DNA of 64,000 nucleotides from Eledone cirrhosa. Its lineage: Eukaryota. Of this stretch, positions 55,965 through 64,000 are shown one piece after another. Location of the stretch: positions 258,168,001 through 258,232,000 of the forward strand of contig OZ024742.1 of the NCBI GenBank assembly GCA_964016885.1, in the 5' to 3' direction. The position numbers and the translations under genes are program-made. Below the pieces are notes generated by a model, which was not told the origin of the DNA, searched no databases, and saw only the letters and a list, made by a program, of their open reading frames with translations. Positions within the stretch are counted from its first letter, which is position 1. Every line of letters starts with the position of its first letter.

Positions 55965-56050
<86 letters not shown>

Positions 56051-56388
56051 ATATACAATTTGAGAGGAAATGGTATATATTTTATATATTAATTCTAAGG
56101 ACATGATTTATGATATATTGCTCTGATTATTTAATTTATTAATTCTTCATAGAGTCTAAACGTGACCGGTTGCAGCATATACATCTATAACTTTATGTAT
56201 ATGTAAACCTTTATATTTAATAATCTCCCGTTAGGTTGAGATTCAATTTGGCGATATTTGGCTGCGCTTTCTAGCAACAAGCCTACCCGCCGTAAGAAAC
56301 CAATCACATTCTTTCTAGCTTGACCACAGTCACATAGCGATTCTTAGCCATTTTTGAATCTAATTTTGGCGCGATCAAGTTGGAAAAC

Positions 56389-56467
56389 TGTCTCCTGACG
56401 AATCCTAACTCAAGACATTCCTATTAATTGGATGTCTAAAAATACGGATGAAACCATGGTAGAGATA
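56389..56467 (+). ncRNA. Hammerhead ribozyme
   Basis: TGTCTC-CTGACGA-ATCC..AGACATTC/GGATGTCT..GGAT-GAAA-CCATGG-TA-GAGATA; stem III palindrome ACCATGGT. Confidence 0.87.
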
Positions 56468-56667
56468 TAATTACGGTATGTACACATTTCTTCTAAGTTT
56501 AATTTTACACCTAATTGGGTATGGTTGATGGTATATTTAGTCAGTTTCTACATGCTGTCGAAATGTTGGATAAATACTCTATTGGGGCCACCGCGAAGAG
56601 GCCACTTTCGGTTATTTGTCGGAGATTTCTTCATAAGAGCCTTTCTTCTTATAGCTTGGTCTAATTG

Positions 56668-56751
<84 letters not shown>

Positions 56752-56775
56752 TATATATCTATATATATTTATATA

Positions 56776-56855
<80 letters not shown>

Positions 56856-57014
56856 TGTATGTGTGTGTGTGTGTGTGTGTGTAGAAGAGGTATAAAATGT
56901 GTTGGAAATGCAACAGATATAGATGTTTACAATTGATTCAAAGCACTCGACAGTTTTTGAGTAATTATTCAATTGATATTAAATAAATGGAAACTATATT
57001 TATAAAACCATATT

Positions 57015-57077
57015 TATTCTATTATATATATTTCAAGGGTACCAAAAATGCTGGTACGTTATCATCAAATAAAATAC
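57015..57077 (-). ncRNA. Degenerate hammerhead related to the one at 45535-45600
   Basis: TATTTTAT-TTGATGA-..GTACCA/TGGTAC..-GAAA-TATATA-TA-ATAGAATA; flanks match 42000-42045. Confidence 0.65.
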
Positions 57078-57167
57078 AAAATGTTTTATAAATATTTGAC
57101 ATGACCAAGGATGGTATACCTTAACGGTTCAAGTTATACCTGGAAATTATATATATATAATATATAA

Positions 57168-57208
<41 letters not shown>

Positions 57209-57505
57209 CAGGTAAATCTACCGTTTTTTCCCGTTCTTGCCACAGAACTATTCCACGAACCAAAGTATCGTCTTCCTGTCTTCCTCCGGTTGCAACGTTT
57301 TTTGAAATATTCCCTTCTGCGTTCACAGATTGACTTTGTTAGTTTCAGAAGATCCCGTTAAGGGTGAAAGCAGCGATTCTTTGCTTAAACTTTAATCTGT
57401 TATTTTCATAAATACTTGCTCTACTGTTCTTATATATTTGATATATATTTATCCTTATCGAGCCCTCTTTGGATTTTAGTCTTCAAATTTATTATTATTA
57501 CTATA

Positions 57506-57536
<31 letters not shown>

Positions 57537-57794
57537 TCATATAAATATATATACGCTAGGGAAAGGATCAGGGGTGTATAACACTCCCCTGATGTTTTCA
57601 AGAAATATATTTTAAAAAATTGGTCAAGTGATACACATAACTGTGACACTTAGTGCCTTCGTCGGCCCCTGATATATTCAAGAGATATATTCTAAAAAAA
57701 TATATATCTTATCTCAATTTACTTTATTTCATTTTATTTTATTTTATTTCATTTCATGTTATCTAATATTATTTATTTACTTACTTGACTCCAT

Positions 57795-57830
<36 letters not shown>

Positions 57831-57902
57831 ATTTAAATTTAAATTTAAATTTTAATTTTAATTTTAAAATTTAAATTTAAATTTTATTTTTTTATTTAAT
57901 TT

Positions 57903-57946
<44 letters not shown>

Positions 57947-58460
57947 TTACATTTAATTACATTTAATTATACATTTAATTATATCTTATATTATATTATT
58001 TTAATTTAGTCTATGTTATTTGATTTTAGTTTACCTTATTTTATCTTAGTTTACGATTATATTATATTATGCTCTATGTATATAATTTTTAATTTTAATT
58101 TTATATTATTTTATCTCATTCCTTACCCTATATTTTATATGTAAGTTTGTTATGTATTTCTTTGTATTTCTTTATATTTTCTTATTTATATATATTATAA
58201 GTCTGTTTTTCACCTATTTTTTACCTATTTTTTACCTACTCTTACCTAATCCCATTATCTTATCTACTCTTGTCTGTTCTCTTATCCATGTGTATGCTTG
58301 TATGTAACTATATGTTGACAGCACCCCGCCCAACTGTGACTGATAGCACCCATTATTTTTATTTTTACTTTTATTTTTATTCTTATCCTTTATCGTCTAT
58401 TATTACCTTTCATTCTTCAATGTCTTGGATTTGTTATTGCTTGTATGGTATGTAATTAAC

Positions 58461-58518
58461 CTTTATGCTCTGATGAGACCCACTTATAGTGCGGATGAAA
58501 CAATGTTAGCAAGTAAAG
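58461..58518 (+). ncRNA. Hammerhead ribozyme
   Basis: CTTTATGCT-CTGATGA-GACCCACTTATAGTGCGGAT-GAAA-CAATG-TT-AGCAAGTAAAG. Confidence 0.72.
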
Positions 58519-58601
58519 ATATGCATATGCTATAAGCGTTCTTTGTTATTTATTATATTATATAAATATATATATATATTTTTTTAAATGGGGACCTGGC
58601 A

Positions 58602-58652
58602 GGTAATGGGAAAGGTAATGGGAAAGGTAATGGGAAAGGTAATGGGAAAAGT
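58602..58652 (+). repeat. (GGTAATGGGAAA)x4 minisatellite
   Basis: Directly visible. Confidence 0.9.
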
Positions 58653-59141
58653 AACGAAAGGACAAAGAGTCCAATCTCTTCAGTCAACGTCTGGAAATCA
58701 CTACGTTTTCGGTAAATTAATTTGGATAACGCTTATTCTCGCGCATAAGAAAACAGGTAGAGACAAGTTATGTATTTAGGCAATTTGCCCAAATGTAGAG
58801 AGCGCAAGGGCTTAAAAGGGACAAAAATGTAGAAAAGAAAGAAAGAGTAAAAAAAAAGTGAAGGACTGTTCTCCAACGTGCAGACAAGGAAGAGCACTGA
58901 GGCATAGAATTGGAAAGAAGGTAGGATACATGAATCAGGATGGGTGGTGTGATGTCTTCTATATGATAATTTCAAAATGTACCCTCATGGGTAAGTCTTT
59001 AGAATATACATTCACAATATGGTGCGCACAGGACAAAGACAATGGAAAAGAGGGACAGTCCCATCTCCTCAGTCAACCTGTATAAACCACTACCGTTTCG
59101 GTACATTAAGGTCGATAACGTCCATTATATATACACACGAA

Positions 59142-59334
59142 GGGCAGTGGATTGGCCGTATCGGTAGAGAGTCGGACGCCATGCTTTGAAGCAAAATAGT
59201 TAGGGCCCTTTATGATCTGAGTTCAAATCCCGCCGAGGTTAACTTTGCCTTTCATCCTTACGGGCTCGATAAAATAAAGTACCAGTAATACACTGACATA
59301 ATTGCTGGTCTTGTGCCAAAAGTAGAAACAATTA
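59142..59334 (+). mobile_element. SINE family A copy
   Basis: A/B boxes and 3' end. Confidence 0.9.
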
Positions 59335-59408
59335 TATCTACACGCAAACACAAAATTAGTCACACCTACACACACATATTTCTCTCTCACTCCCCCTCTC
59401 TCTCTCTC

Positions 59409-59445
<37 letters not shown>

Positions 59446-59535
59446 AGTTTATGTTGGTTGTATACCAACACCTCAGTATGCAGGCTGGAGCACTCGACGA
59501 AGTGCGCAGGTTGGTTTGGTTACTCCGGAGTAGTG

Positions 59536-59769
59536 TAAAATAAAGTTAAATAAAAGTCAAATGATTAAAATTTAGCTTCGTTTATTACTGCTATATATAT
59601 TTCAGTGACAGCCATCATTGGCTGTGACCTCTTCAGGCAGTTTGAATTAGTAGATACTAATTCAAACTGCCTGAAGGGGTCACAGCCAATGATGGCTGTC
59701 ACTGAAATATATATAGCAGTAATAAACGAAGCTAAATTTTAATCATTTGACTTTTATTTAACTTTATTT

Positions 59770-59771
<2 letters not shown>
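59536..59771. repeat. Palindrome (~117-bp arms, 2-nt loop) with paired hammerheads
   Basis: - strand 59587-59641: ACTGC-CTGAAGA-GGTCACAGCCA..TGGCTGTCACT-GAAA-TATATA-TA-GCAGT; the + strand mirror at 59666-59720 has CTGAAGG. Confidence 0.92.
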
Positions 59772-59830
<59 letters not shown>

Positions 59831-60246
59831 GGGGGGGGCGTGTGTCTATATGTATATTTAGTTCAAAATCAATAAAGACAAACAGAGAGAAACAATTCCA
59901 CAAATATTCTTAGATTCCGGCTTGCTGGAAGGGGAAAATGAATGTTTCAATGTATCGGAAGTTTCTTCTTCAACAACACTGAGCATAGTTAAAACAAACT
60001 ACATGTTGAAAGTTTCAGAAACAGTTTTATCAGAATGAGTGAGCCAGGTCTTTTACTTCTCCACCCTGCAAGGATAGGAGCCTAGGTGGGTGCAGGACGT
60101 CCGGCGCTAATATTGCTACTATTATGTGTGAGTGGCTAAACATGATTTCTTTACTAAACGTGATTTAAAAAATAATTTTCTTGGCATATATTTGAGCATG
60201 TATATGTTTGTGTAGGTTACCTCTATCTCCCTGCATCCCTATACAT

Positions 60247-60299
<53 letters not shown>

Positions 60300-61954
60300 T
60301 GTGTGTGTGTGTGTGTATGTGTGGGTGGGTGTGGGGATGTGGGTGAGTGTGTGTGTCCGAGTATGTGTGCGTGTGTGTGTCTGTCTCTGTGAGTATATGT
60401 GCGTATATATGTGTGTGAGAGAGTATATATATATATATATGTGTGTGTGTGTGAGAGAGTATATATATATATAAATATATATATATATAGAGAGAGAGAG
60501 AGGGAGAAGAGAGAGAGAGTTAGAGAGGGAGAAAGAGATGCAGATAATGGGGGAAGAAGTGTTCAGAGAAAAATATAGATAGGGTTCTTTTATGTATGTA
60601 TGAGATAATTTGCGACTGTGTGCTTGGGTCACTTTGATACAGTCTGTGCATGCGTGTACAAACCTCTGTCTGCATGAGACTATATGCCACTGTGTGAATG
60701 CTCATTCTATCTAATAAAGACACTTTCAAAATCATTGCTATGAAATAATAAACGAAATAATGAATAAAAACTCTCACATAAAACAGACAAATATGTGTAA
60801 TTTTCCTTAAAACTACCCCTCAGATTTATAGTCTTTTTCTTGATTCAACTACGCTAAGTACGTCATTTTATTACTAAATCAGTGGAAGAAGAAACTTGTT
60901 TCCACAGTTCTATGTTCATCTTCAATGTAGATCAAACAAACCCTACGATGTTTTTCATTTTGTAAATCTATATTTCTATCATTAATCATCTGCTGGCCTT
61001 CTATGTATCCATCAATTGATGTACAACAATTGCAACAACGTTCATCTGACTTTCATTATTTCAGGGAAAAGACATTTCCTACCATAATTAACAATGAATG
61101 ACAACTCACTGAAAGAATACACATAAATATATGTTTCGAAATATCTATCCATGCATTTTTCATGGTTTCGCTATATTCACAAAATCGCTAAATACTTACC
61201 AAATATATTTTCTCCTATTTCATAACTCCAAATTACATGTGCAACAGTAATTTTCGATGGCATAGAGAGAAGTCCATATATGATACGTTTCAAATTATTT
61301 AGCAATAATATAAAATGATATATTATCGCAAGGCTGTAACAACTTGCATCACCGTGTAGGAAGTGCTATTCAGTATATCGTTCATTCTAAATCTTGAATT
61401 CTCTTTTCAAATGTACTCGCCTATCCTAAATTTGCATCGATAATTTATCTATGGAAATAGCACATAAATCTTTCTAAAATGACTTGTCATGTACTAGATA
61501 TATTTGTATTCAACGTAATAAAGTCATGTTGCCATTAGTCCTAACAATATCTCATTAGAGATTGGTGTTTACGAAGTATATGTGATGGTTTCTTTATCTT
61601 ATACATCAACTTCGTTCGACAGAAGTAGCAGACAGCCACAAACCTCTTTCTTATATTCTCGATTTCATAATCATATATGATGCATAGGCCACGTGATTAG
61701 TACAGGCCATTTATTATACAGTGATGAGAGTAGTGTTATGTCTACTTCTAAATCTCTAATCTCGATCCACGAATAATATATGTGATATAGATTCAATCAC
61801 TTGACGTTAAAATATCAGATACAATGTTTCACAGTATTCTTTCCTGCTGTTTGCGTTGGAAGATCCAATCGCACCAAGGTCAGCTTTACCTTTCATCACC
61901 ATATCAACGATAAACTAAGTACTTGTTCAAAACCAGTGTCGATACCACCTATAT

Positions 61955-62340
61955 CACCTTGACACCTCACCTTGACCGACCAGTCTGTCGGGCGCGATTC
62001 GGCGCCGCTGGTCACAACACGTGCTGTGTTAGCCATACGATGACGCCATTCCTCTAGCTGTAAGTCTAAAGTCTGTCTGAAGCCAGAAGACCCATTTGGC
62101 CGGTGCTTATCCCGATTTCATGGCCTGAAGCGACTGAGAGTACAAGACTCCCCCCTGGACAGGACGCCAGTCCATCGCAGGGTTAAACCTCCAGCTATTG
62201 CTGGTACTCATTTTCAGCTGAGTAAACTGGAGCAACGTGAAATATAGTGTCTTGCTCAAGGAAACAACACATCGCCCGGTCCGAGAATTGAACTCACAAC
62301 CTTTCGATTGCAAGCGTACTGCTCTAACCACTAAGCCTTC
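61955..62340 (-). mobile_element. tRNA-derived SINE family B (CORE-like plus V-domain-like body) with 13-bp TSD
   Basis: A-box GGCTTAGTGG, B-box GAGTTCAATTC, CCTTGAGCAAGACAC, CCTGCGATGGACTGGCGTCCTGTCCAGGG; TSD ATACCACCTATAT at 61942-61954 and 62341-62353. Confidence 0.88.
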
Positions 62341-63143
62341 ATACCACCTATATATCTATCTAACTTCCACATCGAAATCGCATTCTCGATTCCGATGTCA
62401 GATATCAACATAACCTAGCGATTTCCTATCATCCAAATGTCCATGTTTATCAGATTGTTCATTTATGCGGCAACCATTGTATGAATATGGCTTACTATTG
62501 CAGGGCTTCAAAAATTAATAAACTCCGACATAGAGAGGGATACGTCCTAACACGTTTAGAGAGTCAAAGCACTGCCGCTAAAAATCTATCAGGAATTAAT
62601 GGCCTGGTATGAACATTCAATAATTGCACACGAAGATTCACCACTTTCAGAATAATTGCAAACAAATTCTTGCGCCTCCACTAATTCATTGTTATTTATA
62701 CCATCGACCACGGAAAGGGAATATGTAAAGTTCAACTCGGCAAGATTTGAAGTGAAAATGTAATGGATAAGAATGTATTGCCTGACACTATAATTAGTGT
62801 GAAAAACCACCGACATACACACAACTTTCATTAAAAAAATCACGGTCTTGATTCAAATATTGCATACTTAATTGAAGTGAAAATTCAAAATTGGAAATAT
62901 TACTAAAATTTTCTGATAAGACGCAGTAAAGAAATTGAAAATATATGGACACTTCAGTAAATAAAATATTCGTGTGATGTAGGTATAACAGAGTTTGAAG
63001 CGCAGGTGTTCTATATGCTGTTAATATTTAAATGCTGTTGTTAACTAATACTTTAACAAAACGAGAATGCGTCTCAAGTGTAACTGGAGAAATACCTGAA
63101 ACGACGTATTTTATGTTAAATTATATATATGTGTGTGTGGGTG

Positions 63144-63231
<88 letters not shown>

Positions 63232-63263
63232 TGCGTGTATATATGTATATATATATATATATG

Positions 63264-63338
<75 letters not shown>

Positions 63339-63342
63339 AATA

Positions 63343-63389
<47 letters not shown>

Positions 63390-63402
63390 ACATATATATA
63401 TG

Positions 63403-63433
<31 letters not shown>

Positions 63434-63672
63434 TATATATATATATATGATATATATATATATATATTTGTGTGTGAGTGCATATATATATATATGTATG
63501 TGTGTATGTGTATATAAATGTGTTATGTATATGTGTGTGTTTGAGTGCGTATATACATAAATTGAATATCATTTTTAACACCTTGCAAGTAGCATTGCAT
63601 TTTCTGGATCCATTTTAAGTATTACATCAAAAGGATATAAATATATTATAGAATAATTTCTACAATATTCAG

Positions 63673-63773
<101 letters not shown>

Positions 63774-64000
63774 AGAGAGAGAGAGCGCGCTCTAGTATCA
63801 GCAAATTCAAGACCGCCATTGTGTTAAGCATTCAAATATTTACGTTTATCTATTTCATCACTGGAATTTTTTTTTTTTCCTTTGCCCGTCAATACTCCAG
63901 TAATTAACTGTACACACACACACGCCCGTAAGCACACACACTCACTCCAATATATATATATTATATATATATATAAGTATTGAAGTTTCCGTTGAAAATT

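Noticed and set aside
57720-58260. Structured AT-rich element
   Set aside because: Low-complexity (ATTT)n/(TTTAAA)n sequence with no specific signal, probably the UTR-like part of the element ending at the 58461 ribozyme
58660-59122. Direct repeats (58660-58731 / 59053-59120) with GAAA..CTGA(A/G)GA on the minus strand, a possible permuted hammerhead
   Set aside because: I could not form convincing stems I and II
61190-61340. Minus-strand exon ending at G/GTAAGT
   Set aside because: The donor is good but there is no convincing acceptor plus open frame, and no recognisable peptide
62270-62340. tRNA gene
   Set aside because: It is the tRNA-like head of a SINE with body, tail and TSD; the same applies to the family A heads

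Overview
Eukaryotic, AT-rich, gene-poor and repeat-dominated DNA. Dense (TA)n/(CA)n/(GA)n/(ATT)n microsatellites and the SINE content suggest an animal, probably a cephalopod mollusc (inference). There is no confidently identifiable host gene, and most ORFs in the supplied track are microsatellite artefacts. Recognisable content: about a dozen copies of one tRNA-derived SINE; a second CORE/V-type SINE with a 13-bp TSD; a near-full-length L1/Tx1-clade LINE inside an (ATT)n tract; two R4/Dong-type LINE remnants; several RTE fragments; a Chapaev3-like DNA transposon remnant; and two Penelope-like (GIY-YIG) remnants. The most striking signal is at least a dozen sequence-distinct minimal type I hammerhead ribozyme motifs (CUGANGA - stem II - GAAA - palindromic stem III - NUH). 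Most sit in short non-coding elements at (TA)n tracts, often as near-perfect fold-back palindromes of 0.2-3.6 kb that put the same ribozyme on both strands, with one arm carrying an extra 3' tail. One abundant family keeps only the 3' half of a hammerhead. A diverged tandem pair of ~210-nt GC-rich units with apparent compensatory pairing lies upstream of one ribozyme. All structures and coordinates were read by eye.
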